Source of the DNA: Microcoleaceae cyanobacterium
GTDB taxonomy: Bacteria > Cyanobacteriota > Cyanobacteriia > Cyanobacteriales > Microcoleaceae
Direction: 5' to 3'
NCBI GenBank assembly: GCA_051652765.1
Contig: JBOFUV010000034.1
Location: 64,001-128,000 of the forward strand
DNA length: 64,000 bases
Shown here: piece after piece, positions 19,536 through 31,234 of the stretch
How positions within the stretch are numbered: position 1 is the first letter of the stretch
Layout of the letters: each line of letters opens with the position of its first letter
Position numbers and translations under genes: made by a program
The notes under the pieces: model-generated
Told to the model about the DNA's origin: nothing
Database searches by the model: none
Seen by the model: the letters and a program-made list of their open reading frames with translations, nothing else

Positions 19536-21083
19536 CTAACCTCCGCCTTGAGCCACTCCCCCGGCTCGCCGTAGATCAGCAGCAGCCCTAAGTCCCGAAT
19601 CGGGATGCCAAAGTACAGCCTGCACCCCACCGAAATACATGGAGAGTTGCGGAAATCTTCGGACTGCAACTTGGGTTTGAGAACCCGTTGATAAGCCGGG
19701 TTCTAGGGCAACTGTTTTTGTTCCAGCCAAAACTTCTACGTGGAGTCGAGGTTGGGCAATCGCCTCTGATAAAGGGATGCCGAGCTGCAACGTGTTGAAT
19801 AAAACCTGGGCGATCGCCGTTGTAATTCGAGAGGCTCCTGGAGATCCAATTGCCAGCACCGCGCCATCAGCCCGCCGAGCAATCGTTGGAGCCATATTGG
19901 AAACGAGCCGAGTTCCAGGGGGAAAATGCTCTAAACCCTGGGGATGGAGTTCCAACTCTCCCAAGGAATTGTTCAGCCATAGTCCGGTTCCAGAAATCAT
20001 TGCCCCTGAACCGTACCCAGCAGAAGCGCTGATAGAACAGGCCAAACCCTGGCTGTCTACAGCAGAGATATGAATTGTTGAGGGAGATTTAACCCCGTGT
20101 TGAGCCGAGCCTAACCCGGCCCATTCTAGTAATTGCAGGGCGGCTTGAGTGTTGTCATTACTCTGATCCAAGTGTTGACTGCGATAGTCCAACACCCCTG
20201 ACTGGATTTGAATCCATTGATCCACAGTGTCTGCATTCCAAGACTTCAATGGGTGCTGATCAATCAAGAGCAACATGGCCGCCAAACAGGCTCCCCCAAC
20301 GGCAGGAGGTGGATTTGTGACAATTTCCCAGTTTTGGTAGGAGATTCGCAGCGGTTGCCGAGGAATGGCTTGGTATGTCGCCAGATCCATCAGAGTTAAC
20401 AGTCCTCCATGGGCTTGAATTTCATGGGCAATCCGTTCTGCCAGGGTTCCGGTATAAAAAGCGGCAACGCCCTGATCCGCAATCTGTTGAAGGGTGGTTG
20501 CTAACCCCGGAATATGAACTGTTTCTCCAGTTGTGAGTGGTCGTCCATCAGCATGATGGAGGGTTTGATGACTATCGGGATGCCAGCCAAAAATTTCCTG
20601 GTGGCTATATGCCAGATATTCAGCCGCGACTTCGGGTAAGGACGATCCTTGCTCTGCCCAGCGAATCGCAGGTTGCATCACCGCTGACCAAGATAGTGAT
20701 CCGTAACCCTCAGAGACCCTGCTCAATCCCGCCAACATTCCGGGGGTAGCAACCGAGCCATAACCGACCCAGGTTTCCATGCCGCCCCCATACCCAATCT
20801 CAACTCGTTGAGTACTGGTCGCAAGCCGATTTGCTATCATCCCCCAATCTCCCAAACCCCGACCAGGCATCTCAGCATAGGCATCAATCACTACAGGCAG
20901 TGCATTGGGTGGCCAAATTGTGATGAATCCACTACATCCTGGAGCGATCACGGCTATATCAGTGCTCATGGCGACTAACGTTGCTGCGATCGCTGCATCT
21001 ACTGCATTCCCGCCCTGATCGGCGATGGCGGCTCCAGCATCTGCAGCAATTTGAGAGCCCGCAGCAATCCTGACAAAGGGCAT
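19536..21083 (-). CDS. ggt: gamma-glutamyltransferase family protein
   Basis: GGNAVDAAIAA, catalytic-Thr context STIHISAVD, LNNSLGE, SNMAPT, GSPGASRI. Confidence 0.88.
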   Translation of the reverse strand: MPFVRIAAGSQIAADAGAAIADQGGNAVDAAIAATLVAMSTDIAVIAPGCSGFITIWPPNALPVVIDAYAEMPGRGLGDWGMIANRLATSTQRVEIGYGGGMETWVGYGSVATPGMLAGLSRVSEGYGSLSWSAVMQPAIRWAEQGSSLPEVAAEYLAYSHQEIFGWHPDSHQTLHHADGRPLTTGETVHIPGLATTLQQIADQGVAAFYTGTLAERIAHEIQAHGGLLTLMDLATYQAIPRQPLRISYQNWEIVTNPPPAVGGACLAAMLLLIDQHPLKSWNADTVDQWIQIQSGVLDYRSQHLDQSNDNTQAALQLLEWAGLGSAQHGVKSPSTIHISAVDSQGLACSISASAGYGSGAMISGTGLWLNNSLGELELHPQGLEHFPPGTRLVSNMAPTIARRADGAVLAIGSPGASRITTAIAQVLFNTLQLGIPLSEAIAQPRLHVEVLAGTKTVALEPGLSTGSQTQVAVRRFPQLSMYFGGVQAVLWHPDSGLRAAADLRRAGGVAQGGG

Positions 21084-21109
21084 AATCTTCAAGGTAAATT
21101 AATTGAAAG

Positions 21110-21144
21110 TGAGTTGTGCAGGGTGGTCGAGCTTGCACAACTCA
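21110..21144 (-). terminator. hairpin downstream of rimO
   Basis: TGAGTTGTGCA / TGCACAACTCA 11-bp inverted repeat. Confidence 0.45.
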
Positions 21145-21180
21145 ACATTTTCAACACTATTTTCAACGCCATGCCTGCAA

Positions 21181-22500
21181 TTAACCCTCTACTCTGTGAC
21201 CGTAAAGATCATAAACGTCAGCACGGGTAATTTGTACCGGAACAATTGATCCCAACCGGGCTTGACCCTGGAGGTAAACCAATCCATCCACTTCCGGGGC
21301 AAACCGAGCCGAACGTCCGATGAGTTTTCCTGTTTGAGGATTTTCCTGCTCAATCAAAACAGGCACAACCTGGCCAACGGACTTTTGGTTCTGCCGAAGC
21401 GAAATGGGCTGTTGTACTTGCATTAACGCATCTCGCCGCGCGGATTTCACTGCTTCAGGTACAGGATTAGGAAGGTCATGGGCGGGGGTGCCTTCCTCCG
21501 GAGAAAAGGTGAAGACCCCAACATGATCAAATTCGTGGCGCTGGATAAACTTCAGCAGATGTTCAAAGTGAGCGTTGGTTTCTCCGGGAAACCCAACAAT
21601 CAAAGTCGTTCGCAACACCGCATCTGGGATGGCGGTTTTGAGGTTTTCAATGATCTCATCGTTGACTCGACCTTGCCAGGGGCGGTTCATCGTCCGCAAG
21701 ATCTCGGGGTGAGAGTGTTGCAAGGGCAAATCGAGATAGGGCAGCACGTTTGGAGTTTCCTGAATTGCAGCAATCACCTTTGGCGTTAACCCCGTGGGAT
21801 AGGAGTAGTGCATTCGAATCCAGGGGACATTGACTTTGCCCAACGCCCGCAACAGGTCTGCCAACCGGGGTTCTCCGTAGAGATCCATGCCGTAGTTCGT
21901 TGTAATCTGGGAGATCAGGACAATTTCCTGGACTCCCTGGTCAGCCAACTGCTGGGCCTCGGTGACAATAGACTCGATTGATCGCGATCGCTGGTTGCCC
22001 CGCAGATGAGGAATAATGCAAAAGGCACAGCGGTAGTTACAGCCTTCGGCCACTCGCAGATAGGCGACTCCTTCCGTGGTTGTCCGATAGCGAGGCAAGG
22101 TTTCATCAGCAATGTAGGTGGGTTCGGGGGAAATTTCCACAACGCGATCGCCCCGTTCGACTCGCCGCACCACATCCACAATCTTGTGATAATCCCCTGT
22201 GCCAACAATGGCCAAGGCTTCCGGCAATTCGTCCAACAATTCAGTTTGAAAATGTTGGGCCATGCAACCGGTGACAATGATTTTCTTATCCGCCTCCGCT
22301 AGGTCAACCAATGTTTGTACCGATTCCGCTCGGGCTGCTTCAATAAAGCTACAGGTATTGACAATCACATAGTCCGCGAGGTCTTCGTTAGAATCAACTG
22401 GGTAGCCTGCTTCTACCAGCAACCCCAGCATGTGTTCTGTATCGATCCGGTTTTTTTCGCAACCCAGATGGGAAATGGCAATTGTTGGCTTAGATGTCAT
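21181..22500 (-). CDS. rimO: ribosomal protein S12 methylthiotransferase RimO
   Basis: LGCEKN, VNTCSFI, radical-[12 protein letters not shown]-terminal TRAM (APEVDG). Confidence 0.96.
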   Translation of the reverse strand: MTSKPTIAISHLGCEKNRIDTEHMLGLLVEAGYPVDSNEDLADYVIVNTCSFIEAARAESVQTLVDLAEADKKIIVTGCMAQHFQTELLDELPEALAIVGTGDYHKIVDVVRRVERGDRVVEISPEPTYIADETLPRYRTTTEGVAYLRVAEGCNYRCAFCIIPHLRGNQRSRSIESIVTEAQQLADQGVQEIVLISQITTNYGMDLYGEPRLADLLRALGKVNVPWIRMHYSYPTGLTPKVIAAIQETPNVLPYLDLPLQHSHPEILRTMNRPWQGRVNDEIIENLKTAIPDAVLRTTLIVGFPGETNAHFEHLLKFIQRHEFDHVGVFTFSPEEGTPAHDLPNPVPEAVKSARRDALMQVQQPISLRQNQKSVGQVVPVLIEQENPQTGKLIGRSARFAPEVDGLVYLQGQARLGSIVPVQITRADVYDLYGHRVEG

Positions 22501-22900
22501 GCAGGTTTGGGGTCAAGAATGTAAAGAAGTACAGGTTTACTATCTTAACTTAAGCAATCCTCTGACTCGGACAAGGGATTCGGTTCAGAGCTACGCATAA
22601 AAAATTGGATGCCTGTCTAGTCAGGGTTCTAGACTTAGCTAGCCAAAGTATTTAAGGGTTACAATGCCTGACCTGCCAGGATCAAATATTATCATGGGGT
22701 TGCCCTGCTCGGTTTGCCTTGAGCTTGAACCCATCTCTCAGGCTCTAATCACAAACAGGGTGAGGGAAGTTGATTTGTATGCGGGGTCTCAGGCAGACTC
22801 GACCTAGACATTCCAGGGGTCAATCTTTACAATTATAAACAGTAATTTGATAAGACTCTTAACAAAATTCTTGTCGAAAATGTCCTTTTTTGTCGTTGTG

Positions 22901-24043
22901 ATGCCAGTAGAGTCAGACCGATCCCAGATATTTCCCAAGTTTCTGCTCGTCATTGCCCCATTTTTCTTGTGGGGTACTGCGATGGTGGCCATGAAGGGGA
23001 CGATTCCTCGCACCGCTCCATTTTTCATGGCCGGGATACGGTTGGTGCCAGCGGGATTCTTGGTCTTGCTGGTTGCTGCTCTTCAGGGACGCACCCAACC
23101 TTGGGGTTGGCGGGCTTGGGGGTGGATTGGGGTATTTGCTCTAGTAGATGGGGCTTTGTTTCAAGGATTTCTTGCGGCAGGATTAGCGAGAACTGGAGCG
23201 GGCCTAGGGTCGGTGATGATTGATTCCCAGCCTTTGGCGGTGGCCCTGTTGTCCCTCTGGTTGTTTCAGGAACGGATTGGACTTTGGGGTTGGCTGGGGT
23301 TAGGGGTTGGGATTGCTGGCATTGGTTTGATCGGTTTGCCCGATGCGTTATTTTTGAACCTGTTGAGTCTAGAGCCTGTGGCCTTCTCTGGCGAAATCGC
23401 AGCGTTCTTTCAGAGTGGAGAATGGCTAATGTTGATGGCGGCCTTGTCGATGGCCGTAGGAACGGTTTTGGTGCGCTGGGTTTGCCGTTATGCTGATCCT
23501 GTTGTGGGTACGGGTTGGCACATGGTTCTGGGGGGGTTACCGTTATTTGCCTTATCTGCGGGTTGGGAGTCTGAACAATGGGTGCATTTGAATGGCTCAG
23601 ACTGGCTAGCTTTGGGCTACTCGACGGTTTTTGGGAGTGCGATCGCCTACGGTTTATTTTTTTACTTTGCTGCCTCGGGTTCCCTCACGAGTTTAAGTTC
23701 TTTGACCTTTCTGACTCCTGTGTTTGCGCTATTGTTTGGCAATTTATTTTTAGCAGAGGTCTTAACTCCGATACAATCGACGGGGGTGGGGTTAACCCTG
23801 GTGAGTATTTATCTGATCAACCAGCGAGATTTCCTGGCTCAGAGGTTCAGGCTGCGGAATTTAAGCTGGAATTTAAGGCCGAATTTAAGTTTGACTGAGG
23901 GGGTAGAGGCTCAAGTCGAGCCTCTGTTGGGTGAAGTTCAGCAGTCTATTGTAGAAGTTCCTGCTCTAGAAATTCCTACTCTAGAAATTCCCTTTGAGGT
24001 TTGTTTGACCCAGCAAGAGCAGCAGCGGGTTGGGTCTGAGTAA
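22901..24043 (+). CDS. DMT/EamA family transporter
   Basis: About 10 TM segments; PFFLWGTAMVAMK, GSVMIDSQPL. Start could be 22880. Confidence 0.88.
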   Translation: MPVESDRSQIFPKFLLVIAPFFLWGTAMVAMKGTIPRTAPFFMAGIRLVPAGFLVLLVAALQGRTQPWGWRAWGWIGVFALVDGALFQGFLAAGLARTGAGLGSVMIDSQPLAVALLSLWLFQERIGLWGWLGLGVGIAGIGLIGLPDALFLNLLSLEPVAFSGEIAAFFQSGEWLMLMAALSMAVGTVLVRWVCRYADPVVGTGWHMVLGGLPLFALSAGWESEQWVHLNGSDWLALGYSTVFGSAIAYGLFFYFAASGSLTSLSSLTFLTPVFALLFGNLFLAEVLTPIQSTGVGLTLVSIYLINQRDFLAQRFRLRNLSWNLRPNLSLTEGVEAQVEPLLGEVQQSIVEVPALEIPTLEIPFEVCLTQQEQQRVGSE

Positions 24044-24203
24044 GGGTTCTGAGTCAGGAAAGGGAGATAGAAAAGCAGTGTGACACCCTGAAGGGAGAGC
24101 TTACACATTGCCTAAAACATACTGCATGACATACTGGAGCAGAGGGGTGAGGTCGGTAGCGGAGAGGTTTGCCCTTCGGTAGCCGTTGAGAAGAGGAGGA
24201 AAG

Positions 24204-26018
24204 ATGAAAGTAGGAGCGATTTATCAAGGCGGGGGACGATGTGAATTTATCGTTTGGGCACCGTTGAGACAGCAAGTTGCAGTTCAGATTCTTGCCCCCA
24301 CCGAACAAACTGTGCCGATGCAGCCCGATCCATTCGGATACTGGCGGGCGAGTGTGACGGGAGTTGAGCCAGGAAGCCGTTACTGGTACCAACTGGATGA
24401 TGAACTCAAACGACCTGACCCAGCCTCCCATTATCAGCCTGAAGATGTTCACCAGCCTTCTGTCGTGGTTGATCATCAGGTATTCCCATGGCAAGACCAG
24501 AGTTGGCGAGGAATTGCTTTAGAAGATTGGATTCTTTATGAATTGCATGTGGGGACGTTCACCCCAGCAGGAACGTTTGCGGCAATCCTTGACCGAATTC
24601 CTCAACTGTTGGATTTGGGGGTTAACGGGATTGAACTCATGCCCGTAGCTCAGTTTCCAGGGAGTCGAAATTGGGGCTATGACGGGGTCTATCCCTACGG
24701 GGTGCAAGCCTCCTATGGCGGCCCAGAAGGATTAAAACAATTAGTTAATGCCTGTCATCAACAGGGAATGGCCGTTATTCTGGATGTGGTCTACAACCAT
24801 TTTGGCCCAGAAGGGAATTACACCCAAGATTTCGGCCCCTATTTCACAGGCAAGTACAACACTCCCTGGGGACGGGCAATTAACTTCGACGATGCCTACA
24901 GTCCGGGGGTGCGGAACTTCTTTATTGAAAATGCTCTATATTGGCTGCAAGATTATCACATTGATGGCCTGAGGTTAGACGCAGTTCATGCCATTTATGA
25001 TTTTAGCGCAAAGCACATTTTGGAAGAATTAGCAGATCAGGTGGCTGATCTGTCGCAAGCAGTTGGTCGTAAGTTTTACCTGATTGCAGAAAGCGACCTG
25101 AATGATGTTCGAATAATTAAGCCCAAATCCCAGGGAGGTTATGGAATTGACGCTCAATGGAGTGATGATTTTCACCATTGTATTCATGCCTTGCTGACCG
25201 GAGAAAGCCGGGGTTACTATCAGGATTTTGGCACCGTTGAACAGTTGGCAAAAGCTTTGACAGAAAGTTTTGTCTATACGTGGAATTATTCTCCCGATCG
25301 CAAACGGTATCATGGCAACTCTGCAGTTAATTACCCACCGCATCAGTTCGTCGTCTGTAGTCAGAATCATGACCAGATTGGCAACCGGATGTTAGGAGAA
25401 AGACTGACGCATTTGACTTCTTTTGCCGGGTTAAAATTGGCGGCGGCAACGGTGATTCTTTCTCCCTATATTCCTCTATTATTTATGGGGGAAGAATATG
25501 GTGAAACCTCTCCGTTTTTATATTTTATTAGTCATTCTGATCCCCAACTGGTTGAGGCCGTTAGCCAGGGAAGAGAGCGAGAGTTTTTAGCCTTTCAGAC
25601 AGCAGGAGAACCCCGCGATCCTCAAAGTGAAATCACGTTTAAGCAGTGTATTCTAAACTGGGAACAACGGACAGAAGAAAGCCACGGAACTTTACTGAAC
25701 TTTTACCGCTGCTTGATTCAACTTCGTCGTGAGATTCCTGCATTTAGAGAACGGCAAGATCAAGCCATTTGTTACTCAGAAGATCAACGTTTAGTGTTTA
25801 TTCAACGAAGGCATGGAGACAATCATATTTTTTGGATATTAAATTTCAGTCAACAGCATCAAGAATTTAACTTTACGGCTGATGGCAGAACCTGGCAGCA
25901 ACGGTTAGATTCTTCTGCGGTTCAATGGCAAGGTTCAGGATCTCAATTGCCAGAGATCCTGGAAAAATCACAGCGATTAACATTAACACCCGAAAGTTTT
26001 GTTCTTTACCAAAGTTAG
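24204..26018 (+). CDS. treZ: malto-oligosyltrehalose trehalohydrolase
   Basis: YELHVGTF, RNWGYDGV, DVVYNHFGPEGN, GLRLDAVHAI, QNHDQIGNR. Confidence 0.95.
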   Translation: MKVGAIYQGGGRCEFIVWAPLRQQVAVQILAPTEQTVPMQPDPFGYWRASVTGVEPGSRYWYQLDDELKRPDPASHYQPEDVHQPSVVVDHQVFPWQDQSWRGIALEDWILYELHVGTFTPAGTFAAILDRIPQLLDLGVNGIELMPVAQFPGSRNWGYDGVYPYGVQASYGGPEGLKQLVNACHQQGMAVILDVVYNHFGPEGNYTQDFGPYFTGKYNTPWGRAINFDDAYSPGVRNFFIENALYWLQDYHIDGLRLDAVHAIYDFSAKHILEELADQVADLSQAVGRKFYLIAESDLNDVRIIKPKSQGGYGIDAQWSDDFHHCIHALLTGESRGYYQDFGTVEQLAKALTESFVYTWNYSPDRKRYHGNSAVNYPPHQFVVCSQNHDQIGNRMLGERLTHLTSFAGLKLAAATVILSPYIPLLFMGEEYGETSPFLYFISHSDPQLVEAVSQGREREFLAFQTAGEPRDPQSEITFKQCILNWEQRTEESHGTLLNFYRCLIQLRREIPAFRERQDQAICYSEDQRLVFIQRRHGDNHIFWILNFSQQHQEFNFTADGRTWQQRLDSSAVQWQGSGSQLPEILEKSQRLTLTPESFVLYQS

Positions 26019-26035
26019 AAATACTTTACTCCTCT

Positions 26036-28852
26036 ATGCGGATTCCAAGTGCGACTTATCGAATTCAATTCAATCCAGAGTTTGGTTTTGAAGATGCTCA
26101 CAGAATCGTTCCCTATCTTTTTGAATTAGGCATTTCGGATCTATATGCCTCGCCGATTTTCAAGGCCAGAAAAGGGAGCAGTCACGGTTACGATGTGGTT
26201 GATCCGAGTCAGATCAACTTAGAACTGGGGACTGTTGAAGAGTTTGAAAAACTGATTGAAACCCTGCAAAATCGAGAGATGGGTTGGGTACAGGATATTG
26301 TTCCCAATCACATGGCGTATAACAGCCAGAATAAGTTCTTGATGGATATTCTAGAATATGGCCCGGATTCAGAATATTTTGAATTTTTTGATATTGATTG
26401 GGAGTATGCCTATGAAAATAGTCGAGGCCGGGTTTTAACGCCACTGTTGGGAGATTTTTATGGTCGATGTTTGGAAAATGGGGAACTTCAACTTTCCTAT
26501 GATGAAGAAGGACTAAGCGTTAATTACTATGGCTTAAAAATTCATCTCCGAGTTGAATCCTATGCTCAGTTTATCAGTCATGATTTGGGGTCTTTGTCTC
26601 GGAGATTGGGTCGTAGACATCCTGATGTTGTCAAACTTTTAGGGGTACTCTACATCCTTAAAAATATTCCCGCAGAAACGTCGAGCCAACAGCGACGAGA
26701 TCAGGCTTTATTTGTTAAAGGTTTACTATGGGAACTCTATCGAGATAATCAAGAAATTCGGGAATTTATTGACCAGAATACTGAGCATTTTAATGGCGAT
26801 GCGGGGTATCCTGAAAGCTTTAATCTGTTGGATGATTTATTATCAAATCAGTTTTTTCGCCTGTCTTTTTGGAAGGTTGGGGCTGAAGAACTCAACTATC
26901 GTCGTTTCTTTACAATTAATGAATTGATTGGAGTTCGGGTAGAAGATTTTAAGGTTTTTCAAAGAACCCATGAATTTATCGGAAAACTAGTTGAGTCTGG
27001 CAAGCTCACAGGACTGAGAATTGATCATATTGATGGGCTTTATGATCCAGTTCAGTACCTGCGTTGGTTGCGAGATCGAGTGGGTGATCTGTATATTTCT
27101 GTTGAGAAAATTTTAGAGTTGGAGGAAGAGCTTCCAACTAAGTGGCCGATTCAGGGAACGTCAGGTTATGAATTTCTGAACTATGTTAATGGTCTGTTTT
27201 GTCAGAATTCCCATGAGAGAAGATTTAATCAAATCTATCGAGATGTGATTGGCTTTATGCCACCTTATAAACAACTTGCGATTGACAATAAACGGTTGAT
27301 TGCAGACAAGAACTTAGCTGGGGATGCTGATAATTTAGCCCATGTCCTAAAGCGAATTGCGGGACAATACCGTTACGGGCGTGATTTCACGCTTCTGGGG
27401 TTGAAGACTGCGATTATGGAAGTACTAGTGCGTTTCCCAGTTTATCGAACTTATATTGACGAGCATGGAGTGAGTAAATATGATCGGATTTATGTTCAGC
27501 AGGCCGTTCGAGAAGCTCGAGGAAAGTTACCTGAACTTCCCAATGAATTGGATCTGATTGAGAAGTTTTTGTTGCTCGATTATGATGATTTCTTGAGTGA
27601 AGAAAATCAGAAACTTTGGTTGCATTTTGTGATGAAGTTTCAGCAATTTTCGAGTCCTTTAACAGCCAAAGGAATTGAAGATACTTTATTCTACGTTTTC
27701 AACCGATTTTTATCCTTGAATGAAGTGGGTGGTTCTCCGAATCATTTTGGAGTTGATTTGGAGAAGTTTCATCAATTTAATCAAGACCGTTTCAAAAATT
27801 GGCCCCATGCCATGAGTTCGTCTTCTACCCATGATACAAAGCGCAGCGAGGACGTGAGAGCAAGATTAAATGTGATTTCTGAGATGCCTGATGAATGGGA
27901 AGCGAATATCAGAAACTGGATTGAACTGAACCGTTCTAAAAAAGTAGAAGAGGATGGGCAATTGGTTCCAGACGGTAATGATGAATACTTTCTTTATCAG
28001 ACTTTAGTGGGAGCTTATCCCTTTTTGGAGGAAGACTATCCGGAATTTATTGAGCGCATTAAACAGTATGTCATTAAAGCAATTCGAGAAGCAAAAGTTC
28101 ATACAGCTTGGTTGCGTCCGGACTCAACTTATGAGGAAGGATTTATGGAGTTTATCGACCAGATTTTATGTCCCTCAGGAGACAATGAATTTCTGGTAAC
28201 CTTTCGTCCTTTTCAACAGAAAATTGCCTTTTATGGAATTTTTAATTCGCTTTCTCAAACGTTATTGAAAATGACTAGTCCGGGTCTACCTGATTTTTAC
28301 CAAGGCACAGAACTTTGGGATTTAAGTTTAGTTGATCCCGATAATCGACGACCTGTTGACTTCCAGCAACGGCTTTCATTCTTACAGGAAATTAAGCGTC
28401 GTTGTCGAACCGGAATTAAAGGTTTAATTGAGGATTTAATGACGACTTGGGAAGATGGCCGGTTGAAGCTATTCTTGATTACAAAGGTTTTAGGAGTCAG
28501 AAAGAAATACCTTGGTATTTTTCAGAAAGGCCATTATCAACCCTTGACCGTGACCGGTAAACACAAAGGCCATATTATTGCATTTGCTCGAACCTATGGA
28601 GAGAGTGCTGCAATTACGATTTCTCCTCGGTTTTTGAGCCATGTGACTCAGGCGAGTTTGTTCCCTTTAGGTGAATCAGTTTGGGAAGATACAGCAGTTG
28701 AAATTCCGAGTCAGTTTATTAACCGAACCTGGCGTGAAGTGATTGCTGATCAAGATATTCCTGAAAGTTCTCATGTTCTGGTGGGTCAAATTTTACAGAG
28801 CTTTCCCGCAGCTCTGTTGATTACTGTCACGGAGACAACTCAGCAGCCTTGA
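26036..28852 (+). CDS. treY: malto-oligosyltrehalose synthase
   Basis: MRIPSATYRIQF, HGYDVVD, DIVPNHM, LNYRRFF, LRIDHIDGL, STHDTKRSED. Confidence 0.95.
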   Translation: MRIPSATYRIQFNPEFGFEDAHRIVPYLFELGISDLYASPIFKARKGSSHGYDVVDPSQINLELGTVEEFEKLIETLQNREMGWVQDIVPNHMAYNSQNKFLMDILEYGPDSEYFEFFDIDWEYAYENSRGRVLTPLLGDFYGRCLENGELQLSYDEEGLSVNYYGLKIHLRVESYAQFISHDLGSLSRRLGRRHPDVVKLLGVLYILKNIPAETSSQQRRDQALFVKGLLWELYRDNQEIREFIDQNTEHFNGDAGYPESFNLLDDLLSNQFFRLSFWKVGAEELNYRRFFTINELIGVRVEDFKVFQRTHEFIGKLVESGKLTGLRIDHIDGLYDPVQYLRWLRDRVGDLYISVEKILELEEELPTKWPIQGTSGYEFLNYVNGLFCQNSHERRFNQIYRDVIGFMPPYKQLAIDNKRLIADKNLAGDADNLAHVLKRIAGQYRYGRDFTLLGLKTAIMEVLVRFPVYRTYIDEHGVSKYDRIYVQQAVREARGKLPELPNELDLIEKFLLLDYDDFLSEENQKLWLHFVMKFQQFSSPLTAKGIEDTLFYVFNRFLSLNEVGGSPNHFGVDLEKFHQFNQDRFKNWPHAMSSSSTHDTKRSEDVRARLNVISEMPDEWEANIRNWIELNRSKKVEEDGQLVPDGNDEYFLYQTLVGAYPFLEEDYPEFIERIKQYVIKAIREAKVHTAWLRPDSTYEEGFMEFIDQILCPSGDNEFLVTFRPFQQKIAFYGIFNSLSQTLLKMTSPGLPDFYQGTELWDLSLVDPDNRRPVDFQQRLSFLQEIKRRCRTGIKGLIEDLMTTWEDGRLKLFLITKVLGVRKKYLGIFQKGHYQPLTVTGKHKGHIIAFARTYGESAAITISPRFLSHVTQASLFPLGESVWEDTAVEIPSQFINRTWREVIADQDIPESSHVLVGQILQSFPAALLITVTETTQQP

Positions 28853-28910
28853 ACTGATTACTGTTTATTGTGAGTAATTTGTAGTGGGGGTATCCTCAAG
28901 TTTTAATGAA

Positions 28911-28941
28911 GGAGCCACCCCAAACAAAAGGGCGGCTCTTT
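28911..28941. terminator. hairpin between convergent treY and ftsH
   Basis: GAGCCACCC-CAAACAAAA-GGGCGGCTC followed by TTT. Confidence 0.5.
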
Positions 28942-29010
28942 ATTCAAAACCATATTTTAAACTTCTAATTTAAACTAAAAGTTTAAAGCTAGAAAATTGG
29001 GTTGGAGCGA

Positions 29011-30849
29011 CTAGGCGATCGCCGCCATTACTACATCATTATTGGCGAGTAAATCCTGCAATTCTTCAGCATCTACCGTTTCTTTATCAATTAACAATTG
29101 AGCTAACTGATCAAGAACAGTACGGTTTTCAATCAGAACTCGCTTGGCCCGACGGTAAGCTTCATCTACCAAGTGACGAACTTCTTCATCAATAGCTGCT
29201 GCAGTTTGTTCAGAAAAGTCTCGCTCAGACATGATGTCTCGTCCCAAGAAGATATTGCCTTGTTGACGACCCAAAGCAACGGGGCCAAGGCGATCGCTCA
29301 TGCCGTAACGAGTAATCATCTGACGAGCAACCTGAGTGACCTGTTGCAAATCGTTGGAGGCACCTGTCGTGACCTCTTCTTCACCAAAGATAATCTCCTC
29401 AGCTAGCCGACCGCCCAAAGCAACTGCCATCTTATTTTGCAGATAGGAGCGACTGAATAAGCCAGAATCCATCCGTTCCTCACTCAGCATGAACCAAGTG
29501 AGTCCTCCCGCACGACCGCGAGGAATAATACTAATTTTCTGCACAGGATCGTAGTCTGGCATCAACGCACCAACAATAGCATGACCCGCTTCATGGAAAG
29601 CAACCAAGGTCTTACGCTTTTCGCTCATGACCCGATCTTTCTTTTCGGGGCCAGCCATTACCCGATCAATTGCGTCGTTGACTTCGTCCATCGAGATCTC
29701 GGTCAACGTTCGACGAGCAGCTAGAATTGCCGCTTCGTTCAGCAAGTTGGACAAATCTGCTCCCGTAAATCCAGGAGTTCGGCGAGCAATCTTCTCCAGA
29801 TCGACATCCTTGGAAAGAGTTTTACCCCGAGCATGAACATTCAAGATTTCCAGACGGCCAGCATAGTCAGGACGGTCTACAACGACTTGGCGGTCAAATC
29901 GACCGGGACGCATCAACGCTGAATCCAGAACATCGGGACGGTTGGTGGCTGCAATGATAATAACTCCAGTGTTGCCCTCGAACCCATCCATTTCAGTCAA
30001 CAACTGGTTCAGGGTTTGTTCTCGTTCATCATTGCCACCCCCCAAACCTGCGCCCCGTTGACGGCCTACCGCGTCAATTTCATCGATAAACACAATACAA
30101 GGCGCGTTAGATTTGGCCTGCTCAAACAGGTCGCGAACCCGGGAAGCTCCAACCCCAACGAACATCTCTACAAATTCAGAACCAGAGATTGAGAAGAACG
30201 GCACTCCTGCTTCTCCCGCAACTGCCTTAGCCAACAAGGTTTTTCCAGTTCCAGGGGGGCCAACTAACAGCACACCCTTAGGAATCTTTGCTCCCACTGC
30301 CGTAAAGCGATCTGCATTCTTGAGGAAGTCTACCACTTCACTCAGCTCCAGTTTGGCTTGGTCAATCCCGGCTACATCCCCAAAAGTGACTTGAGTTTGA
30401 GGCTCCATTTGAACCCGTGCCTTCGACTTACCAAAGTTCATTGCCTGACTTCCAGGGCCACTCTGGGCTCGACGAAGTAAAAAGAACAGGCCAGCCAAGA
30501 GCAAAATCGGGAAGAACAAACTGCTCAACGCTTTGAACCAAAAGCCCTCATCGGCTTGAGGTGAAACCGTGATGTCAACATTATGCTCGGTCAGAATGTT
30601 GATTAAGTCGGGGTCGTTGGGTAAGTTAACCATGACCTTTTCCCCATCTTGAGCCGTCACCAAAGCCTTGGTTCGGTCTGCACTAAGGCTGACTCGCTCA
30701 ACTTTGTTCCCTTCAACTTCCTGAATAAAGGTACTATACTTCCAAGTCTCTCTTGCTTGGGGTTGCTTATCAAAAAACGCTGTCGCCAAAGCAATGACAA
30801 CAATTGCGAGCAAGGCATATAAGCCTGCATTTCTCCACCGCTTATTCAC
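29011..30849 (-). CDS. ftsH: ATP-dependent zinc metalloprotease FtsH (FtsH3-type N-terminus)
   Basis: [36 protein letters not shown]. Confidence 0.97.
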   Translation of the reverse strand: MNKRWRNAGLYALLAIVVIALATAFFDKQPQARETWKYSTFIQEVEGNKVERVSLSADRTKALVTAQDGEKVMVNLPNDPDLINILTEHNVDITVSPQADEGFWFKALSSLFFPILLLAGLFFLLRRAQSGPGSQAMNFGKSKARVQMEPQTQVTFGDVAGIDQAKLELSEVVDFLKNADRFTAVGAKIPKGVLLVGPPGTGKTLLAKAVAGEAGVPFFSISGSEFVEMFVGVGASRVRDLFEQAKSNAPCIVFIDEIDAVGRQRGAGLGGGNDEREQTLNQLLTEMDGFEGNTGVIIIAATNRPDVLDSALMRPGRFDRQVVVDRPDYAGRLEILNVHARGKTLSKDVDLEKIARRTPGFTGADLSNLLNEAAILAARRTLTEISMDEVNDAIDRVMAGPEKKDRVMSEKRKTLVAFHEAGHAIVGALMPDYDPVQKISIIPRGRAGGLTWFMLSEERMDSGLFSRSYLQNKMAVALGGRLAEEIIFGEEEVTTGASNDLQQVTQVARQMITRYGMSDRLGPVALGRQQGNIFLGRDIMSERDFSEQTAAAIDEEVRHLVDEAYRRAKRVLIENRTVLDQLAQLLIDKETVDAEELQDLLANNDVVMAAIA

Positions 30850-31234
30850 CGGGGTCTATCCTCCTACGCTTTCGAGAGTCCCTAACAAACTCGACATTTT
30901 ATTATGTTAACTAATATTAACGTATTTTCTCAGACTTGCTTAGCAAGAAGTTGAGTCATATCCTCTCTGCCCCCAAATTTTACCCCCAAATTTTGATAGT
31001 CTGAAGAGATGAGCGCATGATGAATTGCTTCTAGCACTGCATTTTGGAACCTGAGGAGAGCAAACCCGTGGCAGAGAAACTTAACTCACAGTTAGCCAAT
31101 CTAATTCGCCAATCTAGTTTGCCAATTTAATGGGTCATCCTCAACAAGTGATATTTCACGGTTAAGAGCAATCGTGATGAACAAATAGAAATTCAATCTT
31201 TATTACTGAATATAAAAGCACAAAGGAGCTAAAT

